DNA of 64,000 nt from Heterodontus francisci (GCF_036365525.1 NC_090373.1:13383935-13447934), one strand, 5' to 3'. Positions 11,283 through 24,600 are shown, numbered from the stretch's first letter. The notes: generated from the letters alone by a model not told the origin. Numbers and translations are program-made.

Positions 11283-12500
11283 AAAACAACTTGTATTTAT
11301 ATAGTGCCTTTAACATAATAAAATGTCTCAAGGTGCTTCATAGAAGTGTTCTTAAGCAAAATTTGACACTGATTCACATAAGGCGATATTAGGGCAGATG
11401 GCTGAAAGCTTGGTCAAAGAGGTACATTTTAAGGAGTGCCTTAAAGGAGGAGAGCGAGGTAGAGAGGCGGTGTGGTTTAGGGAGGGAATTCCAGAGCTTA
11501 GGACCCAGGCAGTTGAAGACACAGCCGCCAATGTGGAGTGATTAAAATCAGAACTAGAGGAGCGCAGCTATCTCGAGTGTTGTGAGGTTGGAGGAGATTA
11601 CAGAGATAGGAAGGGGCGAGGTCATGCAGGAATTTGAAAACTATGATGAGAATTTTAAACCTGAGGCATTGCTTACCTGGGAGTCACTGTAGGTCAGCAA
11701 GCATTTGGGTGATGGGCAAACTAGCCACGGTGCAAGTTCGGACTCAGACAGCAGTGTTTTGGATGACCTCAGGTTAACAGGGTAGGTCAGCCTGGAGTAC
11801 ATTGGAATAGCCAAGTCTAGAGGTAACAGAGGCATGGATGAGGGCTTCAGCAGAAGGTATGCTGAGGCAGGGTCAGAGTCGGGCAATGTTACAGAGGTGG
11901 CAAACCTCTGGGGCGGCATAGTGGTTAGCACCGCAGCCTCACAGCTCCAGTGACCCGGGTTCAATTCTGGGTACTGCCTGTGTGGAGTTTGCATGTTCTA
12001 CCTGTGTCTGCGTGGGTTTCCTCCGGGTGCTCCGGTTTCCTCCCACATGCCAAAGACTTGCAGGTTGATAGGTTAATTGGCCATTATAAATTGCCCCTAG
12101 TATAGGTAGGTGGTAGGGAAATATAGGGACAGGTGGGGATGTGGTAGGAATATGGGATTAGTGTAGGATTAGTATCAATGGGTGGTTGATGGTCGGCACA
12201 GACTCGGTGGGCCGAAGGGCCTGTTTCAGTGCTGTATCTCTAAACTAAACTAAAGGTGGAAATAGGCAGTCTTAGTGGTGATGCAGATATGTGTTGGAAG
12301 GTCACGTCAGGGTCAAATATGACACCAAGATTGCAAACAGTTTGGTTCAGCCTATGCCAGGCAGAGAGATGGAGTCCGAGGTGAGGGAGCAGAGTTTGTG
12401 GTGGGAATTGAAGACAATGGCTTTGGTCTTCCCAATATTTTATTTTGAAGAAATATCTGCTCATTCAGCACTGGATGCTGGACAAGCAGTCTGACAATTC
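11283..12500 (-). mobile_element. L2 LINE 3' portion with nested SINE
   Basis: L2 ORF2 motif NLGVIFDP on the minus strand and L2 tail taaaggcactatataaatacaagttgtt; interrupted by the SINE at 11910-12253. Confidence 0.8.
11910..12253 (+). mobile_element. HE1-type V-SINE, full length
   Basis: Near-identical reverse complement of 6737-7094, with (TAAAC)n tail. Confidence 0.9.
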
Positions 12501-12955
12501 AGTGTTGAAAATACTCAACTGAGCACTCACATTGCACTGGGGTGGAGAATTCCCAGAATTCATTACCCTTTGAGTGAAGACATTTTTCATCTCAGTCTGA
12601 AATGGTTAGCCCCTTATCCTGCTGCTATGACTCTAGGTCTATACTCTCCAGCCAGGGAAAACAGCATCTACCCTGTCAAGCCCTCTAAGAATTTTATATA
12701 TTTCAGTGAGATCACATGTAAACATCAGAGAATTCACACCCATTCTACTAAACCTCTCCTCATAGGATAGCCCTCTTATCCCAGGAACCAATCTAGTGAA
12801 CCTTGGTTGCACTCTCTCTAAAGCAACTCTATCCTTCCTTAGGTAAGGAGACCAAAACTGTACTCAGTACTCCAGGTGTGGTCTCACCGAAGCTCAAAGG
12901 ACGACTTCCTTATGCTTATACTCCAATCCCCTTTAAAAAAAGGCCAATAAACCAC
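12500..12955 (-). mobile_element. CR1 3' fragment
   Basis: Minus strand carries RPHLEY and SYEER-type CR1 ORF2 C-terminal motifs. Confidence 0.7.
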
Positions 12956-13256
12956 TTACACAGGAAGAATGTCCTGTTTGGTATTCTGCGGCATCATCCC
13001 CACTGGAAAGAAGTCCATAGTGCCTGGGAAGTCATGGTCCCCTGTCTGTGATGAGGTCACCCTCCAAAGAATCTAGCTCCAAATACAGAAAAATATTTGC
13101 AGATCTCATAAGATCGCCTTCTATGAAGTAAATGGAGAAAATGTGCATGCCAAAGTGTTTCCCCTCACTCAAATTGCTTTGCTTTCCTTTGGATGCCCAC
13201 CTTGCAGCTGGGCACACAGCCACAACTTTACCTGAAATGCTTGGCACACCCAGATC

Positions 13257-13655
13257 ACAGCACAGAAGGAGGCCATTCGTTCCATCATGCCTGTGCTGGC
13301 TCTTTGGTAGAGCTATCCAATTGGTCCCACACCCCTGCTCTTTCCCCATAGCCCTGCAGTTTATGGCCCTTCAAGTATTTGTCCAGGTTCCATGTGAAAG
13401 TTATCATTGAATCTGCTTCCATTGCCCTTTCAGACAGTGCATTTCTGACCACAACAACTCGCTGTGTAAAAAGATTTCTCCTCATCGCTGGCCCGCTTTT
13501 TTTGCCAATTATTTTAAATCTGTGTTCTCTAGTTATCGACTCTCCTGCCAGTGGAACCAGTTTCTCCCCAATTACACTGTTAAAACCAATCATAATTTTG
13601 AACACTTCTATTAAATTCTCCCTTAAGAATCAGCTTTAAGAAGAACAATCCCAGC
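13257..13655 (-). mobile_element. CR1 3' end
   Basis: ORF 13285..13605 contains ESITREHRFKII...FTQRVVVVRNAL and runs into the CR1 3' UTR. Confidence 0.8.
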
Positions 13656-14424
13656 CCAGAAAGCTTCACCCAAAAAACAATTGCTGTAAAAGTGTAGCTG
13701 CACAATGGAGATACATGTGCTCACACCCGCAATGGGTTGCAGGATGGACGCTTGAAGGTGCTCTTGACACTTTCAACATCTAAGCAGTGTTTTGCTGCTG
13801 GCAAGAAAAGATACTACAGCAGGAAGCAGATATGCACAGCATGAGGCCTGGATAATGCCAATCCTTTGAATACTTTTGAAGAGGTCACACTGAAAGTCAT
13901 TACCACAGCCTGCATAGAGAGTGGGGAAAAACAAAGTCAGAATCTACCATCACCCTCAGAGCAAGTACCATCCTCCTTGTGTTCTTTCTTCCTCACTCAC
14001 TTACTATCCTTTGGACTTATACTCGTGCACAATGCCATGTCACACAGCATATTGCAATATGTCAAAGCTGAGCACATACCATTCAATCAACATTGTATCC
14101 TCCTCATTCTGTAGGCATCCCAGAAGAATGAACCACTTATCTCAGTGCCAGCATCTTACAACAAAGATGTGAACCATGGGCTCCAGTTGCACTGTGGCAA
14201 GACAATGCAGCAATTTTCCTTCCCAATCACCTGAGGTGAGTGCCCCAGAAGTACCATAAATCACCTGACTAAGATATCTAACTGCCTCTAACTCCAGGAA
14301 ATGGGCCAGGATCAGGACCACGGGCTGGGGGTCGGAGGAGAGAGGCTGCGTTAGTGGTCCTCCCAAGCAACAAGTTGCCTCTTGTGAATTCGAACTAACT
14401 TGCAAACAGAACTATTCCTTCCAC

Positions 14425-17057
14425 TCAACAGTTAATGTGAACAGTTCACTCCTTCAGGGGAGGAAATCTGCTGTCCTTACCTGGTCTAGCTAATGTGTGA
14501 CTCCAGACCCACAGCAATGTGATTTGCTCTTAACTGCCCTCTGAAATGGCCTACCAAGCTACTCAGCTGTATCAAACTGCTATGGAAAATTCAAATAAGG
14601 TTAAAACAGACCAGCTGGCATCGACCGAGACACCAGAAAACACAAAGGTTCACTTTGCCCAGTCAATCCCGCAAAGTTCTTCTCACTAACATCTGGACAC
14701 TTGCGACAAAATTGGGAGAGCTGTCCCACAGACTAGTCAAGCAACAGACATAGTTATACTCACCGAATCATACCTTCCAGCCAATGCCCCAGTCCCCTCC
14801 ATCACCATCCCTGGGTATGTCCTGTCCCACCGGGAGAACAGAGGAGGCTGAGGAGAGATTTAATTGAGATGTACAAATTTGTGAGGGGTCTGGATAGAGT
14901 GGATGGGAATGGCCTATTTACCTTAGCAGAGGGGTCAGTGACTAGGGGACATAGATTTAAAGTGATTGGTAAAAGGATTAGAGGAGAGGTGAGGAAAGGT
15001 TTTTTTTTTACCCAGAGGGTGATGCAGGTCTGGAACTCACTGCCTAAAAGGGTAGAAGAAGCAGAAAACCTCATTTCATTTAAAAGGTGCCTGGATGTGC
15101 AGCTGGAGTGCTGTAACCTGCAGGACTACGGACCATAGGCTGGAAAGTGGGATTAGGCTCGGTAGCTCTTTCTTTTTGGCCGGTGCAGATAGGATGGGCT
15201 AAGTGGCCTCTTATTGTGCCATAAACCTCCTATGATTCTATGACAGACCAACCAGAGCTGGCAGCATTGTAGTATACGGTCAAGAGGGAGGGGCCTCGGG
15301 AGTCTTCAACACTAACGCCTGGCCCCATGAAGACTCATGGCATCAGGTCAAACATGGGCAAAGAAATCTCCTGCTGATTACCACCTACCACCCTCCCTCA
15401 ACTCATGAAACAGTACTCCTCCATGTTGAACACCACTTGGAAGAAGCACTGAGGGTAGCATGTGCATACCATGTACTCTGGGTGTGGGAGTAGCTCGGTA
15501 GCACCACTACTGACCAAACCAGCTGAGTCCTGAAGGACAAATCTGCCAGACTGGGCCTGCAGCAGGGGTGAGAGAACTAACAAGAGAGAAAAACCTACTT
15601 GACCTTGTCCTTACCAATCTGCATGACAGTATTGGTAGGGGTGACTGCTGAACAGTCCTTGTGGAAACGAAGTCCCATCTTCGTACTGAGGACATCCTCC
15701 ATAATGTTGTGTGGCACTAGCACTGTGCTAAATGGGATTGATTCAGATCAAATCCAGCAGCTCAAAACTGGGCATCCATGAGGCACTGTGGGCCATCAGC
15801 AGCAGCCGAATTGCATTCACCCACAATCTGTAACCTCATGGCCTGGCATATCCCACACTCTATCATTACTATCAAGACAGGGGACCAATGAAGAGTGCAA
15901 AATGGCATGCCAAGCGCAGCAGCTGACATACCTCAAAATAAGGTGCCAACCTGGTGAAGTTACAACCCAGGACTACATGCATGCGAACCAGAAAAAGCAG
16001 CATGCAATAGACAGAGCTAAGTGATCCCACAGCCAACGGATCAGATTAAAGCTCTGCAGTCCTGTCACATCCAGTTGTGAATGTGGTGGACTAACCAGAG
16101 GAGGAGGCTCCAAAAACATTTCCACCCTCAATGATGGAGGAGCCCAGAATATCAGTGCAAAAGACAAGGCTGAAGCATTTACAACCATCTTCAGCAAGAA
16201 GTGCCGAATGGATGACCCATCTCAGCCTCCTCCTGAGGTCGCCAGCATCACAGATGTCAGTCTTCATCCAATTTAATTCACTCTATGCGATATCAAGAAA
16301 CAACTTAGCATATTGGATACAGCAAAGACTATGGGCCCTGACTACATTCCGGCTGTAGCCCTGAAGACTTGTGCTCCAAAATGAGCCTGGAGATACCATT
16401 GACCAGAAACCTAACTGGCTCAGCCATACAAATACGTTGACTACAAGAGGAGGTCAGAGGCTGGGAATTCTGTGGTGAGTAGCTCACCTCCTGACTCCCC
16501 AAATCCTGTCTGCCATCTGCAAGTTGCAAGTCAGGAGTGTGATGGAATACTCTCCACTTGCCTGGATGGGTGCAGCACCAACAACACACAGGGGCTCGAC
16601 ACCATCCGGGACAAAGCAGCTCGCTTGATCAACTTCCCACTCACCACCTTCAACATTCACTCTCTCCACCATTGTCACACGGTGGCAGCAGTGCATACCA
16701 TCTACAAGATGAATTCCAGCAACTTGCCAAGGCTCCTTCGACAGCACCTTCCAAATCCACAAACTCTTCCACTGAGAAGGACAAGGGCAGCAGTTGCATG
16801 GGAACACCACCGCCTGCAAGTTCCCCTCCAAGCCACACACCATCCTGACTTGGAACTATATCGCCGTTCCTTCACTGTAGCTGGGTCAGAATCCTGGAAC
16901 TCCCTTCCTAACAGCACTGTGGATGAACATACACCCCATGGACTGCAGTGGTTCAAGAAGGCAGCTCACCACCCCCTTCTCAAGGGCAATTTGGGATGGG
17001 CAATAAATGCTGGCCTGGCCAGCGATGCTTACATCCCATGAACGAATAAAAAAAAAA
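14425..17057 (+). mobile_element. CR1/L2-group (Daphne/Crack/Zenon-like) LINE, internally deleted, with nested CR1 fragment
   Basis: APE-like segment (GYVLSHR, ITTYHPP), then a jump near 16380 from KTCAP to the C-terminal LDTIRDKAARLI region. 3' tail gggcaataaatgctggcctggccagcgatg...aataaaaaaaa. Clade assignment is uncertain. Confidence 0.7.
14833..15243 (+). mobile_element. CR1 3' end nested in the LINE above
   Basis: ORF 14869..15138 contains TRGHRFKV...FFTQRVMQVWNSLP; tail ctatgattctatga. Confidence 0.85.
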
Positions 17058-17844
17058 GCACAGTGGTGGCTTTTGAATGCAATTATCAGCTTCTTGATTT
17101 TTACTGGGTTAACTTCCATTAGGCTCCTTTTAGACCAAATGTGTTCGTGATCTAGAGCTTTATAAAGATTAGCAGCCCTCCTGTTTTAAATAATGTTATC
17201 CTTGCTAACATAGTTAGTTGTGCAGCAAGCCAAACATACATTTACCTCATGCAATTCATATTATGACTGGTGCTTCACATCTGAGAAACTTGCAATTATG
17301 GCATCAAATTTATAATAGGCCTTGATCCTAAAGATCCAAATTGAACCACTAAAAACGTTTAGCAGCACATATTCAAAGAGTGAAAATGCACGTTATAATA
17401 TCAAAATAAAAATGCCAAACAGCATCTGAGAGAGGTAGAGGGCCGAACGTGTCAGGTGTGTTCCTGTATCAGGTCTAATGAAATGTCACAACTCTAAATA
17501 TTAAGCCACCTCTCAAGAATGAAAGAAAGAAATGAATTATATTTATAAAGGGCCTTATGATGTGCTCAAGGCATCCACAAGATTTTCGCTCAGTAGATTA
17601 GTTTTGAAGTGTAGTCACAGTTGTGCTGTATTCAAACCCACCAGTTAATTGGTACCCAGAAAAGATCACACTAACAGCAAATGAGATGAATGTTCAGTTA
17701 AAATGTTAGTGATTGTCGAAAGGAAAGTTTTGGCCAAAATGCAGGAGAAACACCCTACTCCTCTTCAAATAATGCCACAGGATCATTATGTCCATCAGAA
17801 TAGACTTATGCAGGCTCTGTTTAACACCTCATCTGACACCAAAG

Positions 17845-18529
17845 GAACATAAGGAACACAAAATGTTAGCATTCAGGTACAGCAAGAATTAAGAAGGTCT
17901 TTATTGCAAGGGGGATTGGAGTACAAGAATAAGGAAATCTTGCTACAATTGTACAGGGCTTTGGTGAGTCCACATCTGGAATACTGTGTGCAATTTTGGT
18001 CTCCATATTTAAGGAAGGATATACTTGCATTGGAGGCAGTATAGCGAAGGTTCACTAGATTGGTCCCTGGGATGAGAGGGCCATCCTATGATGACAGGCT
18101 GAATAAACTGAATCTATACTCTCTGGAGTTTCAAAGAATGCGAGGCGATCTCATTGAAACATATAAGATTCTAAAGGAGCTGGATAGGGTAGACACAGAG
18201 ATTATTTCTGCTGGTCAGGGAATCTAAAACACAGGGGCATAGTCTCAGGATAAGTGGCCAATCAATTAGGACTGAGATGAGGAGAAATTTCTTCACTCAA
18301 AGGATTGTGAATCTTTGGGATTCTCTCCCCCAGAGGGTTGTGGATGCTCCGTCATTGAATATATTTAAGGCTGGGATAGACAGAGTTTTGGTCTCTCAGA
18401 GAATCAAGGGATATGGGGAGTGGGTGAGAAAGTGGAGTTGAGGCAGATCATCAGCCATGATTGCATTGAATGGTAGAGCAGTCTCGATGGCCTGTATGGT
18501 CTACTCCTGCCTCTATTTCTTGTGTTCTT
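17845..18529 (+). mobile_element. CR1 3' portion inserted in a DeuSINE remnant
   Basis: LYRALVSPHLEYCVQFWSPYLRKDI and GDLIETYKIL, then 3' UTR; flanked by DeuSINE-like sequence at 17530-17840 and 18530-18600. Confidence 0.85.
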
Positions 18530-18789
18530 ATAGGATTCATTTGGTGCTGCACCAGGTTATGTACTCAAAGCTGAACAGTAATTGAGAAGCGTCAACTTGA
18601 CAAACAGTTCAGGATTAAATGTTTTCCTTTATTTTTCATCCATGTGCAGACTGTCCTGCTGTGAATTTCTCTTGTTTTCTGTTCTTAATTCAGATTTCTC
18701 CCCTCATTGCAAATCTTTTGCGCAAAATATCTTGACCTTTCATCTTCATCTCCAGGTCACTAAATATTCTTGGATGCAAGGTGCCCAGG

Positions 18790-20055
18790 AAAGATAGGAA
18801 AGGAAAGAAAGGAGAAGGGGTGGCTGTATTGATTAGGGGAAATATAAGATTGTTGGAAACAATGTCCTAGAGAGGTCAAGGACAGAATCTATTCGGTTAG
18901 AACTAAGAAACAATCGATGTATCATTACACTACTGACTGTATTCTATAGGCCAGCAATACACAGAGGAACAAATCTGCAAGAAAATTACAGACAGGTGCA
19001 AAAAGTATAGTTATAATTACCCTAATATAGACAAGGATAGCAATAGTGTAAAGGGCAGAAAGAGGGAAGAGTTTCTGAAGAGTGTTCAGAAGAATTTTCA
19101 AGATCAGAATGTTTCTGACCCAATGAGGAAAGAGGTGTTGGTGGATCTGGTTCTGGGGAATGAGGTGGGTCAAGTGAATCAAGTGTCAGTCAGGGAACAT
19201 TTGGGGGAAGAGTGATCATAGCATCAAAAGGTTTAGGTTGGCTCTGGAAAAGGACAAGGAGCAATCAGAAGTTAAAATTATGAATCGGGAGAGGGCCAAT
19301 TCAATGGGGGTGAGAATGGATCTGGCCCAGGTAAATTGGAATCAAAACTGGCAGACAAAACTGTAACTGAACAATGGGCTGCCTTTGAAGAGGAAATGAT
19401 TCGGGTACAGTCGAGGTACATTCCCATGAACAGGGAAGGTAGGATAAACAAAGCTGGAGCTCGCTGGATGACAAAAGAGATAGAGAGCAAGATGAAGCAG
19501 AAAAAGGGACATATGTCAAATATCAATTTGATAACACAAGTCAGAATGAGGCTGAATACAGAACGTTCAGAGGAGAAGTGAAAAAATAAATGAGGAGCAA
19601 AGAAAGAGTTTGAGAAGAGACTGGCAGCCAACATAAAAGGGAATCCAAACGTCTTCTATAGCAAATAGTAGAAGCGTAATAAAAGAAGGGGTGGGGTAGA
19701 TTAGGGCCCAAAAAGGGGATTTATGCAAGGAGACAGGGGGCGTGACTGAGGTACTAAATAAATACTTGACCAAGGAACAAGATGCCATAATGAAAGAGGA
19801 GGTCATTGAGACACTGGATGGGCTAAAGATTGATAAGGATATATTACAGAGGCTGCCTATACTTAACATTGATAAGCCACCAGGACCGGATAAGATGCAT
19901 CTGAGGATGCTGAGGGAAGTAAGGGCAGAAATTGCACAGGCACTGGCCATATTCTCCTTAGATACAGGGGTGGTGCCAGAGGACTGGAGAATTGCAAATA
20001 TTCCCCCATTGTTCTAAAAAAGTTATAAGGTTAAGCCCAGCAACTACAGACCAAG
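18790..20055 (+). mobile_element. CR1 ORF2 fragment (APE endonuclease to RT start), degenerate
   Basis: GVAVL, KPPGPDKMHLRMLRE, GVVPEDWRIANI and NYRP, with multiple stops and frameshifts. Confidence 0.85.
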
Positions 20056-20150
20056 AACTGGAGTTTGTTTAAAAAATACTACTAAACTGACCAACTGGGA
20101 AGCTTGACCAAACTCGAAAAATGATATGCAGACTGGTGGGCGGGCTACAA

Positions 20151-21640
20151 ATCATAGAATCATAGAAGATTTACGGCACAGAAAGAGGCCACTTGACCCG
20201 TGTCTGTGCCGGCCAAAAAAAGCCACCCAGCCTAATTCTGCTTTCCAGCATATGGTCCGTAGCCCTGCAGATTACGGCACTTCAGGCGCATATCCAGGCA
20301 CCTTTTAAATGAGTTAGGGGTTTCTGCCTCTACTACCCTTACAGGCAGTGAGTTCCAATCCCCGCCACCCTCTGGGTGAAAACATTTTTCCTCATCTTCC
20401 CTCTAATCCTTCTACCAATCACTTTAAATCTATGTCCTCTAGTCACTGACCTCTCTGCTAAGGTTAATAGGTCCTTCATATCCACTCTATCCAGGTCCCT
20501 CACAATTTTGTATATCTTAATCAAATCTCCCCTCAGCTTCCTCTGTTCCAAGGAAAACAACCCCAGCCTATCCAATCTTTCCTCATAACTGCAATTTTCT
20601 GGTCCTGGCAACATCATCGTAAATCTCCTCTGTACCCCTCTCTAGTGCAATTACATCCTTTCTGTAATGAGGTGACTAGAACTGCACACAGTACTCAAGT
20701 TGTGGCCTAACCAATGATTTATACAGTTCCAGCATGACAACCTTAACTCTGCTTCTCCCTTCACAGATGCTGCTAGACCTACTGAGTATTTCCAGCATTT
20801 CTTGTTTTTATTCCAGCATATCCTCCCTGCTCTTATATTCTATACCTCGGCTAATAAAGGAAAGGATTCCAAATGCCTTCTTAACCACCTTTTCGACCTG
20901 TCCTGCTACCTTCAGGGATCTGTGAATATTCATTCCAAGGTTCCTCATTTCTGCTGCACCTCTAGTATTCTCCTATTTATTGTGTATTCCTTTGCCTTGT
21001 TTGACTCCCCAAATGCATCACCTCACACTTCTCCAGGTTGAATTCCATCTGTCACCTTTCTGCCCACCTGACCAGTCCATCAATATTTTCCTGCAGCCGA
21101 CATTTATCCTCCTCGCTATCAACCACACGGCTAATCTTTGTGTTGCCTGCAAACTTCTTGATCATGTCCTCTGCATTTACATCCTAATCATCAACATATA
21201 CCACAAAAAGCAGGGAACCTGGTACTGAGCCCTGCAGAACGCCACTGGAAATAGCCCTCCAGTCACAAAAGCACCCGTCAACAATTACCCTTTGTTTCCT
21301 GCCACTGAACTAATTTTGTATCCACCTTGCTACATTCCCTTGGATCCCACGGGATTTTTTTTTTTTTTAAACCAGTCTGCCATGTGGGACCTTGTTAAAA
21401 GCCTTGCTAAAATCCATGTAGAACACATCAACTGCACTACCCTCATCAATCCTCCTTGCTACTTCCTCAAAAAATACAATCAAGTTAGTCAGCCATGACC
21501 TTCCCTTAACAAATCCATGCTGACTATGCATGATTAATCTAAGTGACAGTTTATCCTATCTATCAGAATTGATTCCAATAATTTGTCCACCACCAAGGTT
21601 AGACCGACTGGCGGCTATTTATTTGGTCTATCCCTTGCTC
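20151..21640 (-). mobile_element. CR1 RT to 3' end, with a small Penelope pLTR stub at ~20737-20812
   Basis: Minus strand VDVFYMDFSKAFNKV, KFAGNTK and YEERLDRLGLFSLE; (ATCATAGA)n tail at 20151. The stub is flanked by a ccagcat repeat. Confidence 0.85.
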
Positions 21641-21689
21641 CCTGTTCAAACCTCCAATCCTCCGGCACAATATCTGTTTCCATTATAAA

Positions 21690-24600
21690 CATCAGGTATT
21701 GTTTGGTAGCAACCGCAGGGAACATAAAGAGGAGGATATTTGCTGCACAAAAACATGGGTAGAGGCAAATTTTCACAAGGTCGGCAAATTAGAGAATTAC
21801 ACATGTGGGTCCAAAAGTGGTGTGGGAAGAAAGGTTTTTGATTCACGGGGCACTGGCAGCATCACTGGGGAAAGTGGGAGCTGTGCCACCGGGATGGGCT
21901 CCACTTAAACCGGGCTGGGATCAGTGTCCTGGCAAATCGTTTAACTATGGCTGTGGATAGGGCTTTAAAACTAACAGGCCTGGGAGAAGGGTCAGGTGAA
22001 GGGCAATTTAGAAATCTAAAAGAGTAAAGTTGAGGCAATAGAACGGTGTATCGATTTGGGTAAAAACAAGCACAGCGGGACAGGAAGGGACAGAGTTTAA
22101 CGGCAACAGTGCATCAGTGAATATGGTCTATGCAAGGAATAGTGATAAAAATATAAAATTAAAGGCTCTTCATCTGAATGCACAAAGTATTTGCAATGAA
22201 AGACAAACTCGTGACACAAATAGATTTAATTTAAATCACCATTAGAGACATGGGGCAGAATTCTCCCAGCCTAGTCGAGGCGGGTACCAGAGTGCGCAGG
22301 GCGGGCAATTCCCAAAATTGACGTCAGGTCAGATTCCCAACATGATCCCATCCTCTTCCAACTTTCCTGGGTGGGTTTTGTGTCCAGAAGGGAACTCCTG
22401 TAGGCCTGGCAGGAAAGCAATACAGGTGATTAAAAAGGCAATTAAGAGCCTTTTAAACCATGATTTCCTTCTTTCCCAGCAGTGCACAGGTTCCATGCTA
22501 CTTCTGCACCTCATCAGGGTCACTGGGTGAGTGCACAGTGGGAAGAGCTTCTTCAGTGAAACTGATAAGCTAGGAAGGCTTTGATCAGTTACAATGAAGA
22601 GCTTCAGGCCTAGCCAGATGAGAGGCTGCTGTTCAAAGCACTTCTTCTCTCAGAGAGTGCTATCATTGCTTGCCAGGTGAGTACCAACTTCTTGGAGGTC
22701 AGTTAACCTGTCCAGCTCTTCTATCATCTTCATCTGCACTTCTTGCTGCCAGCCCTTCACCATGGCATGGGAGCAGCTTATGCAGCTTCACCTCCTACCT
22801 CTGCTGAAGGTCAACAGCAGAAGCCACACCACTGCCAAAGGCTCCAGCAGCAGTAGCAGCAGCAGCAGCAAGGGCAACACAGGCAGCAGCTGTCTTCTCC
22901 TCAACTGCATGTCCCTCCACAGGGCAAAGGAGATGAACACCCAGATGCAGCTGGAAGGATGCAAGATCCCTCACACAGGGTCTGCAGACACTCTCACCAT
23001 GTCTGAGTATCAGTGTCTCAGGAGGCTCATGCTTTCACAGCAGCCTCCTGGAATAAGACCTTCTTCGCAGTGGAGCAGGTGGGCATGCATTGCCTGTGGT
23101 CATTAAGCAACATCCCCTCATCCTGCCGGGTTTCTGCCTCTCCCCGAGGTTGTGTGTGCTCTCTTCTCCCATAAGGAGAGAAAACACGGAGGTATGAATG
23201 TTTGTAATGGCTTGTGTTGAAGGAGGGAAGGACACCATTTGTGGATGGTGACTGTGAGGCATAGGTATCAGAGGGCACGAGGCTGAGGGTGAGTGTTGGC
23301 TGTTCGGATGGGGATGTGAAGAGGTACCTGGAGAGAGAGAAGTGAGTGAAGCTGCAAGGTGTGTTGTTCTGGGAGTGCGAGGCAGGAGAATGCTGGGCAG
23401 GTCAGAGTGTGGGGCTTGGCACCTGGAACTTGGCACTTTCTCGGCCACTTCCATGCACGCCTGCTTGTTGGAGAGGTTGTTTTCTTCCTCCCATCCTTGG
23501 AAGATCTCACTTCTCTGCAGTCCCTCAGATCCCGCAGCAGTACCGCCAGGTAAGAGTGAGACACTCAGGGAGCAGCCTTCCCAGGTCTCCTCTCCATTCC
23601 TGTGGTCGTTGCAGCCTCAAAAATCAAAGTCCTGGTCATCCATTGTAACTGTGCAGTGGCCCCTTTAATTAGAAATCCTTCTTTAGGCAGAATCAACATG
23701 TCATCCCACCAGCCCTCCCTGATTGGCTGGGGAGCCTGGAGATAGGATGCTAATTGGTTTGCTCTGAGAGCAGTGCTGGGGTGTGTAAACCAGTGGGTCA
23801 GATTCCGACCTGACAATTTCTGTCAGGCACAAAGGTGAGAAGATTCCGCCCATGCTTGCAAGGTCACCAAGGTTGGGAAATAAATATTACAGTGTTAATA
23901 ACATTTTGAAAAGACAGTGAGAAAAGGAGGAGGAATAGCCTTGATAATAAAGGATGGCAAAAAGACAATAGAAAGAAAGAATCTTGGCTCAGAAAATCAG
24001 GCAGTCGAATCAGTACCAGTGGAGATTAGGAATAACAAGGGTCAGAAAATCCAGGTTTTAGACCGTTGGACAGAGCATTAAGCAAGAAATAATTGGAGCT
24101 TGTAGCAAAGGCAATGTAATAATCAGACTGGGCCAATCAAATTGGCAAAGGTAGTCTAAAAGATGAGTGTGTCAAATACTTACAAGATAGCTTCCCAAAA
24201 GAATACATTGTGGAACCAACTAGGGACAAAGCTATTTTTAGATCTAGTATTGTGTAATGAAGCGGGGTTAATTAGTAATCTCATTGTAAAAGATCCTCTG
24301 GGGAAAAAGTGATCATAATTCAAAGTTAATATGGAATTCAGTTGTAAGTGACATACTCGAGTCCAAAACAAGAATCTTAACCTTAAAACAAAGCAATTAA
24401 ATAGATATGAGGGGAGAGCTGGCTAAGGTTGATAGTGCGAATAGACTAAATAGTATGGTAAATAAGCAGCAGGAAAAATTTAAAGAAACAATTCCAAATG
24501 TTCAACAAAAATATGTTTGATTAAAAAATAAAAACTGAGTGATAATAATCCAGGGCTTACTGTGGAAGTTAAGGGTAGTATTAAATTAAAAGAAGAAACT

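Noticed and set aside
11910-11975. tRNA gene
   Set aside because: It is the tRNA-derived head of an HE1 SINE, continuing into the V-domain and present four times in the window.
18790-21640. Plus-strand CR1 ending at NYRP and minus-strand CR1 starting near the same motif, read as one twin-primed inverted insertion
   Set aside because: The geometry is tail-to-tail rather than twin-priming, and the overlapping codons differ strongly, so these are two independent copies.
22845-22869. (CAG)n tract as a host polyQ/polyS exon
   Set aside because: It lies inside the Harbinger transposase remnant, antisense to ADGRB3, with no splice context.
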